DNA of 26,718 nucleotides from Parvularia atlantis. Its lineage: Eukaryota. Under the pieces are notes generated by a model. It was not told the origin of the DNA, searched no databases, and was given only the letters and a program-made list of their open reading frames with translations. The stretch covers positions 62,001 through 88,718 of the forward strand of contig CALSCO010000506.1 in NCBI GenBank assembly GCA_943704415.1. Direction: 5' to 3'. Positions within the stretch are counted from its first letter, which is position 1. Each line of letters begins with the position of its first letter. A program made the position numbers and the translations under genes. Below, piece after piece: positions 10,611 to 22,084 of the stretch.

Positions 10611-10618
10611 GCGCCTCA

Positions 10619-13600
10619 ATGGGCGACGCCGTCGCCAACGACGTGATCGCGCGCGCGCGCGAGATCGCCGCACGCCTCGCCGCGCAGAAGGCCGCGGCAG
10701 CCACGGCCGCGCCGCCCGCCCCGGGCGACCGCCAGACCTCGCCGGCGCCGGCCAAGCGCGCCACAGACGATGGCGCCGACGGCAGCGCGAGCAAGCGCCA
10801 CGCCGGCCTGGGCTACGCGGACGGCGGCAGCAGCAGCAGCGGTGGCGTCGTGCCCGGCAGCAGTGCGTCGTCGTCAGCGGGCGGCGGCACACGGGGATCC
10901 CCGTTGCCGTCCGCGCCCCCGTGATGGCGCCGCCGTGCTGACCGCGGCGTGGCGCGCAGACCCCGACGCCATTGTGATGCAGGAGCTGGTGATGGCCAAC
11001 AACAACGCGGGGCTGCTGATCGGGCGCGGCGGCGAGAATATCCGCCGGCTGGAGCAGGAGTCGGGCTGCCGCATCCAGGTCACGCCGGGTATGCGCAGAC
11101 GATCGCGCCCCGATCGCGCCCGCCAATCGGCTGACCACCGCGCACGCAGACGTCGGCGCGCCCGAGCGCCGCGTGCACATCACCGGCACCAAGGCGCAGC
11201 GCGAGCGCGCGCTCCGTCTCATCGAGGAGGTGCGGACGTCGCGATGCTCGGCCCGCGTGCGCGACCTGATGTACGCGCGACGCGCAGATCATCGATCGCC
11301 GAGGCGGCGGCTTCGCGTTCGTCAGCGTCGGCGGCGAGAGCGCGCCCGGCGGCGGACTCGGTGCCACTGCGAGCCCGGGCTTCGGTGGCGGCCTCAGCGG
11401 CAGCCTCAGCGCCGCACTCGGCAGCTACGCTGGCCGGCCCACGCCATCGCTCACGGCCATCTCGGAGCACTACATGGTCGCGATGAGCAAGGTCGGCCCG
11501 CTCATCGGCCGCGGTGGTGAAAACGTGCGCCCGTTACCTCGCTGCTGCGTGGCGTGCCGCACTTATGACTTTTTTTGCGGCGCGCCGGCAGATCCGCGAC
11601 CTTGAGCGGAGGTCGGGCGCGATCTTGCAGATGACGCCCGAGTCGCAGGCCGTCAACGGCAAGCGCGTGCTCGTGATTACGGGCGACGAGGCACAGCGGT
11701 GCGCCTGCTGCCGCGCGAGACGCCGAGACTGACCACAGCGTGCAGCACGCGCGCCAAGGTGCTCATCGACGAGATCCTGTCGGAGGACGCGGTGCGCGAG
11801 ATTCGCGTCTCGCTGGAGCCCAACGTCGACATCCTCAACCGCGCGGGCTTCCGCGACATCGCCATGATCAGCCAGCGCATGATTCGCAGCTCCGGTGCGC
11901 ACGCAGTGCTTGCGTGCGTGCATGACCGCTGACAGCCACCTCGTGCCCGCAGAGGACGCACAGCGCGAGAGCAACAGCAGCGAGGGCAGCGCGGCCATCG
12001 ACTACCAGCAGAACACTGGCGGCGCGTCGCCCGTGTTTGAGCACCCCGAGCGGCGGCGCGACCGCGAGATGCGCGAGGGGTACGGGCCGCGGCCGGTCGA
12101 CAGTGCGGGTGGCAGCAGCAGAGCAGGTGCGTGAGCAGCGCGCTTGGCAAGTGCGGCCTGACGTGCGGCGCGACCGCAGACGCGCCGCAGGACTTTTTTG
12201 CGCGCGAGCTCGCCAGCTTCAAGGAGGCCGTGCCGGGCAGCAGCGCAAGCGGTCATGACTCGCAGCCGCCGCCGCCGCCGCCGCCGCCGTCGGATCAGTC
12301 CGGGTCGTCCGGGGCGCAGCCGTCCTACTCGGCGTACCAGCCGCCGGCACAACCGACGAGCGGCGCGGTCGGGCAGTACACCGGCGGCTTCTCGGGCGGC
12401 GGTGGCGGCGACTCGGGCCGCGCGCCGTTTGGGTGCGCTGCCGCTCGTAGTGCACGGGCGATCGGCGCTAACTGCGCCTCTGCGCCGCCGCCAGCCGCGT
12501 CAATCCGAACGACCCGCGCATCGAGATCCAGGTGCCCGGTGCGTTTACGGTCGCCGTGCGTGTCCGCGGAGCAGCGTGCGGCTGACGCGGGGCGTGCACA
12601 GGCCACGCCGTCGGCATGCTGATCGGGCGCGGCGGCGAGAACATCAGGCGACTGGAACAGCAGTACAACTTCCGCTTCATCCTGCCGCACGGTGCGCTGC
12701 CGTGTGTGCGTGCGCGAGGCTGATGCTGCGCCGCGCCAGAGTCCGCGGGCCAGCCGATGCGCACGGGCTTCATCATCGGCGACGTCGCGGCGATCCAGCA
12801 AGGCGAGCAAGTGATCAAGGACATCATTCAGATGGCCGAGGGCCGCGCGGGCGGCGGCGGTGGTGGCGGCCGCCTCGCGATCAACCCCGACAAGCAGATC
12901 CGCATCCCGGCCGAGCGCGTGGGCACAATCATCGGGCGCGGTGCGGCACAGCGCAACGCATGCCTCGCCTGCTAGCCGTGACTGACGTCGGGTGCGGTGC
13001 AGGCGGCGAGATGATCAAGTACCTTGAGCGCACGACCGGCGCGCGCATCATCATGGATCAGTCCATGGCCGGGCCGGAGCGCACGGTCAACGTGATGGGT
13101 GCGGGCGCCGACGCCGTGCTGAGGGCACCGGCTGACCGCACCGTGTAGGCACGCCGGAGCAGTGCGCTGCGGTCGAGCAGATGATCTGGGCCAAGATCCA
13201 GGAGCAAGTCGAGCGCGACATGGTCCGCAGCACTGGCGGCCGCATCGACAACCTCTCGTCCACGCGCGGGATGTACGAGATGGGCGGCGCGACGGCCGCG
13301 ATGAGCACGATGGTGCGCGCATGTGCAGCTGCGTTGCATGAATGTCCCGCTCATCACCCCGTCGCGCTCGCAGGGCGGCGCGTACCCGGTCTATGCCGAC
13401 CCGTACGCCGCGTACCAGCAGTACGGCGCCTACGCTGGCTACGCCATGCCCGGCGCGGACGGGTCAGCGGCCGCGGCAGGGGCAGCGGCGGGCGCAGACG
13501 GCAGTGCGGCCGCGGCGGGTGGCGCACCCGGCACGGTACGCCAGCGCCTTGCACGCACGCACGCACGTCGTGCTCACGCCTCGCGCGGATGCAGAACGGC

Positions 13601-13747
13601 ACCTACGACGGCAACTTTTTCTACGCCAACGACTACCCCGGCTGGCGGTTCAACTACACCTCGCAGCAGTGGGAGGCGATCCCGCCCGGCACGACCGTGC
13701 CGACGTCGGGCGGCAGCGGGGCCCCGGCCGCGACGTCGGCATCGTGA
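10619..13747 (+). CDS. Far upstream element-binding protein/KSRP-like protein with four KH domains (about 14 introns)
   Basis: N-box VIARAREIAARLAA. Four KH GxxG loops: AGLLIGRGGENIRRLEQESGCRIQV, VGPLIGRGGENIRDLERRSGAILQM, VGMLIGRGGENIRRLEQQYNF and VGTIIGRGGEMIKYLERTTGARI. Tyr-rich tail DPYAAYQQYGAYAGY. Stop TGA at 13745-13747. Confidence 0.88.
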
Positions 13748-13968
13748 GAGCACGGACACCGCGCCGCAAGGGTTTTGTGTCGTCGTGCGTGCCGCCCAGC
13801 CCGCCGTCGTGCTTCGTGCGTTCTGTCCCGCCGCCGCCGCGCGCGCATCTCCATAGACGACCGCAAAGTCTTCCTCCTGCTCGTTCTTGCTTTTCGTTTG
13901 TCTCGTTGTCTGTCTGTGTCTTCCCCGTGGTCTCTGCTTTTCCCAGGTGGGCAGCGCGCGCGCACACT

Positions 13969-16563
13969 CTACACCGCCGCTTTGAGCGACTGGCGCACGT
14001 ACACGAGCATGTACGCCTGGCTGCGCGCGACCTCGGCCGGCGTGGCGTACGCGACCTTGCTGTCGCTGAAACTGCGCACGGCGCGTCAGCAGCAGCCAGT
14101 GCAGGTCGACGGCGCGCACTGCAGCCAGCTGCGCGACTCGACGCTGTAGCAGAACGAGGTGTAGTGGCCCGAGCCGAAGTGCCGCCCGTGGTGCTCGATC
14201 ACGGCCGCGAGGTCGTACCGGTCCGCGTCGTCGGTCGGCGCGCGCATGTACTCGTCCGACACGTACGGCGCGAGGTCGAGGGCTGCTAGCGGGAAGGCGA
14301 CGGCCGTGTGCACCTTCTGCCGCTGCACGCCGAGCCAGAGGATGCGGCTGAGGTGCAGGATCAGCACCTGGCGCGGGGCGTGAGCGATCGCCGGGTGAGA
14401 CGCACTGGCACGCCACACCTCGGGCAGCCGCTGGAACTGCGACAGGCGCGTGCGCGCGTGCAGGCCCTTGCAGCCGTCGCAGCTGATCGGGTCCGTGCCC
14501 TCCTTGGCCACAAGCGACTGCAGGCAGTCTGGCGGCGACGCGGTGAGGCGCATCGCAGCAGGGGCGCATCACAGCAGGGGCAGAGCGAAGCCGCACCAGC
14601 AAGGGTGACGGGCGTGGCGCGCGGCCCAGTCTCGCCGGTCGCGCTCGCCGTGCGCACGAGGTGCGCGAGCGTGAGTGTGGCGAAGGGCTGCACGCTCGTG
14701 GATGCGTGCGCGCAGGCGGTGCACGTCGACGTGGTGGTCATCGTGCCTTGGAACATGTCGACGATCGTCGGCCGTGCGGCGGCGACGACGGGCGCTGCGT
14801 TCACCAGTCAGCTCGGCGCTGCCCGTGCGTGTGTGCGCGCACCATTGGCAGGCTTCACGATCGGCGTGCGGCGCACCCAGCGTGCGCTGCGGCGGCGCAG
14901 CAGCGGGTCTGACGGCGTCAGGAACAGGTGCCGCGCCTTGAGCTCTTCGTCCAGCCGATCGAGAAAGATGCTGCAAGCACAGTGAGCTCGGTTGTGTGCG
15001 GCTGCAGCGGCCTCGCACCAGAAAAACTCCTCGGCGTCGTGCTGGCGGAACCCGCGGAACTCGGACATGCGCGCCCACACCGCGAGCAGAAAGCCGGACG
15101 GGCTGGCGCACGCGCGGCGGCGCATGAGCGCCGTCGTTGCGAGCAGCAGCGCGCGCACCTCACGACCGGCCAGCGGCTGTTGGTCGACCACATGACGCGG
15201 AAAAGGTTGTGCAGGTTCATCACGAGCGAGCTGCCGGGGGGGGAAGTGCTTCAGCGCCCGCGTGATCGGGCGCAGCGAGAGCGTGCGCACCTCGTGTTCT
15301 CGTCATCGCTCTGCGCGCCACCTGTCGCACCGCGTCGTCGCAGCGACCCCGTGACGTCCTGCGACCCCGCGTGAGCGCACGGCAAGGCACGGTCCAAAGC
15401 GACGTACGAAGAAGACCTCAGCCGTCGCGCGCCGCTGCAGCGCGCTGAGCTGGAAGAGCCGCAGGAAGTAGGCCCGGAACGCGGCAATGTTGCTGCGTGT
15501 GCACGCGTCAGCAGCGGCACAGGCACCCAAACACACGTCGCGTCGCACCTGAGCACCTGCAGGCACACGTTGAGGAAGCACGTGTTGCCGAGGTTGCGCA
15601 GGCCCGTCTGGCCGGGCATGGCAAGCCGGCGCGGGCGGTTGGACAGCGCGCCATCGTCCGCCTCGTCCGGTTGCACGTCGAGCTCGTCGGGCTCGTCCGC
15701 CCCGGCCTTGCGCTTGGCTGGCGTGGCAGGCTTGATGGGCGACGGCTGGACAGACTCTTGCCGGTGGTACACGTGCCACGCGCGCAGCACTGCGGCGCGA
15801 GAGCAATCAGTGCTGCGCATGCCAGGCCACGCACGGCGCCCGCACCCTTGACCAGCAGCGTCAGGCGAAAGTGCTGCTCGGCCGCAAAGACCTTGTCGTC
15901 GCGGTCGGATCTGCCGCGCCTCGTGAGCGCTGCATGCACGCGATCAGGCGCGCGCTTGTGTGCACATACCGCAGCCTGGACCGGGCCTCCTCGGCCACGA
16001 CAGAGTTGCTCCGCAGCAGCTGGAAGCGCTTGGGCCGGAGCACGACGGCCGGCGCGGCGTCGCCGGGCCGCGGTCGCTGCGGCGGGGCGAGTGCTGCGGC
16101 GCCCTCGTCGACGTCGGCGACGCGGTCGGCCTGGATCTCGTTCAGGTCGCTGCGCAGCCGCGCGATCGCGCCGCTGAAGGCGTCGGGCGCGGCGTCGGGG
16201 ATGAGGTAGTCGTTGCAGGCGTAGCAGAAGACGGCCTTGCTGTTGATCTCCAGCACGAGGCGGTGCTGCGGGTGCGTGCGAGACGTGAGCAGCACGATCG
16301 GGGCTGCTGGACGGCGGCACACGTGCGAGTTGAGGAAGTGCTGCTTCGCGTGCTGCTCGTTGAAGCGCCCGCAGCCGACGTGGCCGCACGTCAGACACGC
16401 CCAGATCGTCTCGGTCGTGGTGCACTCTGCCCGCGCCGTGCACATTGAGCCCTCCACGATCGGCACGTGCGCAATGCAGCGCACCCTCGCACGCCCACGT
16501 CCGCGGGTCGAGCACGCGCGCGCACACGGCCGCCGCGTCCAGATCGCCGTGGTGCGTGCACAT
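13969..16563 (-). CDS. Ubiquitin-specific protease with N-terminal ZnF-UBP, USP44/USP49-like (alternative in-frame ATG at 16725)
   Basis: ZnF-UBP: MCTH...VLDPRTWACEECTTTETIWACLTCGHVGCGRFNEQHAKQHF...VFCYACNDYL. Cys box PGQTGLRNLGNTCFLNVCLQVLSN, then FRGFRQHDAEEF and RLPEVLILHLSR. His box YDLAAVIEHHGRHFGSGHYTSFCY, followed by SQAYMLVY. Stop TAG at 13969-13971. Confidence 0.92.
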
Positions 16564-16773
16564 CGCCACGCCCTCGCTGCCCTCGCCGCCGCCGCCGCCG
16601 CCGTCGCTCGGCGTCCGCGCCTCGATCGGGCCCGGACGCGGCGCCGGCGCACGGCCGCGACGGCCGCGGGGCGCTGCTGCAGCGGGTGCAGCGGCGCGAC
16701 CTAGTCGAGGACGCAGCGCGACCATCCTTTGTACGTCACACTAGAAATCGATCCGTACACACGCCCTGTACAC

Positions 16774-19558
16774 CTAGATCGCCGTCTGCCGCGCGAACAG
16801 CTCGAGCGTGACCGTCGCGGTGATGGCCGGGATCGAGTTGCGCCGCTGCAGGAGCGGGCGCAGCAGCGGCAGCACCGACGCCGAAAAGTCCGACTCGAGC
16901 AGCAGCAGCGACGACGACGCCGGGTCGCGCGAGAACAGCAGGTGGTCGCCCTCACGCTCGGCAAACATCGACGAGAGCCGGTACGTGCCCTCGCTCATCT
17001 CGATCTGCCACCCGGTCAGGCCGTAGCACAGCTCACGGAACTCGAGGATCTTGCGCCCAAACACCTGCGCGCGCGTCGGTGCACGTGAGCGCGTGCACAG
17101 CGCAAACTGACCGCAACCGCGACCGCACCTCCTTCAGCCGCTTCATGCGCATCTCGCTGTCGATCAGCTTCTGCTCCAGCTCCGCCAGGCGCCCCGAGTT
17201 GCCCACGGCGGCCGCCGCAGCCGCCACTGATTCACCCTGACCCTCGAGCTCGGCCAGCAGCCGCCGGTTCTCCTCCTGCAGCCGCGTGATCATCTGCGCG
17301 CGCGCGCGCGGGCTCAGCCCGGCGGCGGCGAGCGTTGTGTGCGCACCTGGTCGCGCTGCGCCGCAACGGCGCTCGCCGGGTTGAGCCGCATGTGGATGAC
17401 CTTTGTCGTGGCCGGGTCGTACTCGCGCCGCGACTGGCACAAAGAACGTCAGGCTTGCCAGCGCGAAAGTGCGGGCGCGAACCAGCTGCTGCTCGGCGTA
17501 GATGAGTTGCGTCTCGAGCATGACCTTGTCGTGTTGCAGCGCGCGCAGCTGCTGCTCGGCCGCGGCGAGCCCTGCGCACAGCCGTCAGCGGTCCTGGCGC
17601 GCAGCGGGCACCTGAACGCATACGGCTCTGGAGCTCGAGCTGGCTTTTGTCGGCGCGGACATCTAAGGCCATCGTCTCGCTCGCGGGCGCAGGCGCGGGC
17701 GCGGCCGGCGCCGCCTCCACGCTACTCACGTCCTCGAGCTGCCGCTGCGCCTCGGCCAGCAGCGTCTCAAGGTGCTGGATGCGCCGGACCTTGTGCTCGT
17801 CGACGCTGCCAGCGCTGATCATCGTCTGCTCGGCGTCGTAGCTGTCCTGCTCGCCGACGAGCGATCAGCGGCGGGCACATGCGCCCAGAGGCAACGGACA
17901 AGCTGCGCGCGCAGGAACTCGATCTCCTTCTGCGCGATCGCGCGCGCGCGCTCCAGCCGCTTCGTGACCATCTGGTCGCGCTTGAGCTGCTGCCGCAGTG
18001 TGGCGATCTCCTGGGACAGCGCGGCCATCTGCAGGGCACGGCGGTCAACCGGCGAGGCAGCGGCGAGGCAGCGGCGCACCTTGTGCTGCGCGTCCTTTGC
18101 GTGCGCCTCGGCCACCCGCACCTCGCCGCGGTTCGAGCCCTGGTCGGCCAGCATCGCCCGGTACTCGTGCCTGAGCGACAAGAACGCGCGCGCGAGGGCC
18201 GCGGGCGTGCTCAGCGTCGTGCGCTCGGGCTCCTCGAGCATCGCCGTCCTGCAGACACGTCAGGCACGGCTGCTGCTGCGCGAGCGTACATGCACAGGGC
18301 GCACCACGCAGACTTCTCCTTCTCGGTGTGTGCCAGCTGCAGCGCCTGCCGCTCGCACGTCTGCTCGAGATGCGCGGCCTTGCGCTGTAGGCTTGAGTAC
18401 TGCGACCGCGTGTTGAGCACTGCTGCTGCAGGACGAGGCTGGCGCGGTGCACCTGCTCCTCGAGTACCGACATCGTCTTGGTGCGCTCGTGCAGCTGCTT
18501 GTTGTCGGCCGCCAGGCGCCGCGCATCCTGCTCGAGCTGGCTCACGTGCGCGACTTGCCCTGCACGCGCAGCCGCGTGAGCCGCATCGAGCAGCGCAAGC
18601 GAGCGCACCGTCGAGCTGACGCTGGATCACCTGCGCGCCCTCGGCGCTGCTCAGCTTCTGCTGCAGCACCTGCGGCGGCGCGCGCCGCTGTCAGCCCGCA
18701 CGGGGGCACGCGCACAACGGGGCCCCGCACCTTAATCTCGGCGTCCTTGGCCAGCAGCTGCCGCTCGTACGACTCGGCCGTGGGCGTGGCCGTCGACGGG
18801 CGCACGCTCTGCAGCTTCGGGGCGCACGTGAGGTCAGTCGTCGAACGTGCACGCGCGGGGTGGGCAGGCACCTGCTGCAGCATCTCGTCCTTGCGCGCCA
18901 GCTTCAGCTTCATCACGTCCAGGTCGTTCTGGTACTGCCGCGCAAGCGCGCCGTTGTCGTTCTGCACGCCCCAGTCAGGCGCTGCTCCCTCGTCGCGCGG
19001 CGATGGCAGACGTACGCGCAGCACGACGACCTCCTCCTTCAGCGCCTGCAGCTCGCGCTGCGCCGCCCGCTGGCGCATGTCGCTGTCGCGCTGCCGGCGT
19101 CGCGTGCGTCAGCCCTCCCGCACGCCGTCGTCCGCCGCCCAGCCGCGCGCGCCTGCAGCGCCGTCAGCTTCTCCTCCAGCTCGGCCGCGCGCGCCGCCTT
19201 GCGCGCCTCCTCGCCCGCGATGAACGCGACGTTGGCCTCCATGCGCTGCACGTCCCACGCCGCGTCACGTCGCGCAGCACACGGCCGACACGGCGCCCCG
19301 CCGCACCTGCACGTTGGCCGCCTCCGCCTCGAGCCGCGCGCGCAGCTCCTGGCCGGAGCGGGTCAGGTCGACCACTCGTCGCTCGTACGTCAGGCGCGTC
19401 TCGGCCAGCTGCGCGCGCACGGCCCGCAGCTCAGCGCGCAGCTCGTTCGCGTCGCTCTCGGCCGTCGTCGCCGTCGTCGTCGCAGCTGAGGCCGTCGGCG
19501 TCGTCGAGCCGCGGAACGGCGACGCGCCGCGCGCGTAGGGTGCGAAGCGGTTCGCCAT
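16774..19558 (-). CDS. MAD1: Mitotic spindle checkpoint protein MAD1 (about 13 introns)
   Basis: Long coiled coil; LERARAIAQKEIEFLRAQL..YDAE; Mad2-binding motif EYDPATTKVIHMRLNPAS; RLK motif RMKRLKEVFGRKILEFRELCYGLTGWQI; YRLSSMFAE; C-terminus SIPAITATVTLELFARQT. Stop TAG at 16774-16776. Confidence 0.95.
19091..19152 (-). other. GC-AG intron in MAD1 (CAG|GCGCGC...CTGAC...CGGCAG)
   Basis: 62 nt. Needed to join LEEKLTALQ to RDSDMRQRAAQRELQ. The only internal GT is in the wrong phase. Confidence 0.8.
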
Positions 19559-19819
19559 CACAGTACATGTGGTGATCAGGCCAGCCTCAGGTGCCTGATG
19601 ACAGTTGTCGATGCGACTGTAAGTTCGCCGCACGCCGCCCAGCCCTGGCCAGGCCGTGCTCGTTGTCTGCGCCACGAGCACGATGCAGTGCGCGCCCCAG
19701 GCTGAGCATGCGCTTGTGTGTCGGGCAATCTCGCCCATTTGTCTGCGTCTTTTTTCTGATCAGTTGCAAGCCCAAAGCACAGCATCGCCCCTCACCCGCG
19801 CGCGCCCGCCCGCCGCGCG

Positions 19820-21980
19820 TCACTTGCTCCCGGGGGCCGCGGGCGCGCGGTCGTGGAAGAAGATGCCCTCTTCGCTGAACCGGTAGAGCGCCGTCGTGCT
19901 GTCCTTGAAGAGCGACGAGTTGAGCCGCGACTTGCTGCTGCTCTTGCTGTCGGCGGTGACGGAGCGCACGACGTTGAGGCGCACGAGCGCCTTGCCGAGC
20001 TCGGTCGCCTGCGCGCGGGGCGTGTAAGCGTGAGCGCCGTTGTGGGGCGTCGATGGGCGCACGTCCTCGCGCCGGATCTGCTTCTCGCGCACGAGCCAGT
20101 CGACGGCCTCGGCGCCCGAGAAGCACGAGCGGTACGTCTTGACGCGCCTCAGCGCGCCAAGCACCTGCACGTCGCGCGTCTGCGTGCGCTCGCGGACGTG
20201 AGCGACGTGCAACAGCCAAACGCGGCGCGCACCTTGATGTGCGAGCGGACCTCCATGAGGAACGCGCGCCACTGCAGCTGCCCCTCGCGCGGAATGGTCG
20301 GGCCCTTGGTCGTGTCGGTCGTGTCGCCGAGCGTGAGCTGGAGCTGGGATGCGCGCGTGGGCGCGTGAGCGACGCAAAGCGCAAGAGGTAGGCGCCTTCA
20401 CCTGCGCCATGGCCATGAGCGCGCCCTTGGTCAGCGGCGCGCTCGGATCCGTCGTCTTCTTGACCTCGTCGAGCAGCTTCTGCAGGTTGGGCGCCTGCGC
20501 CGTCTGCTGCGAGCGTGCCGCATGAGCCGATCAGCCGACCTACGTGTACGCGGCGCACGCCGGACGGCGACGGCGGGTCGCGCACGGGGCTGTCAACGGT
20601 GAGGTCGGTCATGGACATGTCGAGCATCTGCCCGCGTCGCGTTGGTCAGCGGCGTGGGAGTGCAGGGCGAGGCACGCACGAGGTCCGCCGTCTTCTCAAT
20701 CTGCACCTCCTCCTTGGCCGTGTTGTCGACGTAGTCCTTGCCACTGGCCTCACGGTACGCCTCTGCGGGGCCGCATGAGCACCAGCGCGCACGCCGTCAG
20801 CCAACGCGCACCGCGCAAGTACGTGATCGCGTCGACGAGCGTCGGCCGGTGGTCCGGGTCGGCCTGGCAGCACTGGATCGCGACGCTGACCAGCTCACTC
20901 GGTGCACCAGGCATTGCGCGCGACCTGCACGTGCGGGCAGGGTGAACGCGCCTCCCTCTTCAACGCCGGCGCCGCACCGGATCTCGTCCGCGTCGACGCC
21001 AAAGCCGGGCATGACGCGCTTGAACACGCTCATGGACGGCGGCTTGCCCGAGAGCACCTCGCAAAGGATCATGCCGTACGAGAAGATGTCGATGCGCTCT
21101 GGTAGCGAGGCGCGCATGAGGTCACCGTGCCCTGACGCGCGTGCGCTCACCATCGTAGTCGGTGCAAAACATGATCTCGGGCGCCTCGAACCACTCGCTG
21201 CCGAGGAACGTCTTGCGCTTGGCGGCGTCGGTGTTATTGTCGGCGCTGGCGACAGCGTCGACGGCGCTCAGCATGCGGCCCCGCACGCGCGGGTCGAGCG
21301 CACCGCGAGAAGCCAAAATCGCAGATCTTGACGCGCCCCTCCTCGGTCATGAGCACGTTCTCGGTCTTGACGTCGCGGTGGATGATGTGGTTGCGGTGGA
21401 GGTAGTCGAGCGCGCTGGCGATCTCGATCGCGATGCGGCAGCGCTCGGTCCACGACGGTTGCTTGCGGTTGAGGTACTCGCGCAGCGTGCCGCCCTATCG
21501 GACGGTGCGCACCGCGATCAGCACGAGGCCCACGCACACGGCGCGCCCGCGTGACGCCCGCGCCTTGACAAACTCGGTGATGATGTACAGGTCGTTGCCA
21601 TTGGTCGACACGCCGAGGAACTTGAGGCAAAACGGGTGGCGGACGAGGTTGAGCACATCGACCTCGCGGCCAAAGTACAGCCGGTAGTCGTAGTCCTCCT
21701 GCACGAGCACGCACTTGATCGCGACCTCCTGGCCCTGCGCAACGCGGCGCGGCGCGGCGCGCCATCAGCCCGATGCGGCCGCGCCATCGCGCTGCAGCGG
21801 CACCTTCCACACGCCCTTCTGCACCGTGCCAAACTGCCCCTTGCCGAGCAGCTCGCCAAGCCTGTGGCGAGAGCGCGCGTGCGCGTGCGCGTGCGCGTGA
21901 GTGCGCGTGAGGGCCTCGCGCGGGGCCACAACGCACTTGAGCTCCTTGAACGGGATGGTCGTCGCCGCCGTCGGCGCCAT
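19820..21980 (-). CDS. TKL-group, LISK (LIMK/TESK)-like protein kinase with a C-terminal DEP domain (about 12 introns)
   Basis: Kinase motifs [90 protein letters not shown] and DPDHRP. DEP motifs [25 protein letters not shown] and [11 protein letters not shown]. Stop TGA at 19820-19822. Confidence 0.9.
21495..21563 (-). other. GC-AG intron in the kinase (AAG|GCGCGG...CTGAT...CGATAG)
   Basis: 69 nt. Joins ITEFVK to GGTLREYL (kinase hinge). Read-through ends at an in-frame TAG. Confidence 0.88.
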
Positions 21981-22060
21981 CCCGCCTGCCTGCGCACTCC
22001 CTCGCGTCAGATCGCGCCGATGCCGATCCCACGCCGGGCCGTCCGCAGCACGAGCGACCC

Positions 22061-22084
22061 GCAGCAGCAGCAGCAGCAGCAGCA
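22061..22084. repeat. (GCA)8 trinucleotide repeat upstream of the kinase start
   Basis: Read directly: gcagcagcagcagcagcagcagca. Confidence 0.9.

Noticed and set aside
10863..10959. Possible extra GC donor in KH gene exon 1 (near 10886)
   Set aside because: A canonical phase-1 GTGCGT donor at 10863 explains the junction.
12264..12289. (CCG)n repeat
   Set aside because: It encodes an ordinary poly-proline linker in the KH protein.
21872..21910. (GCGCGT)n repeat
   Set aside because: Simple low-complexity sequence inside the first coding intron of the kinase, typical of intron composition here.
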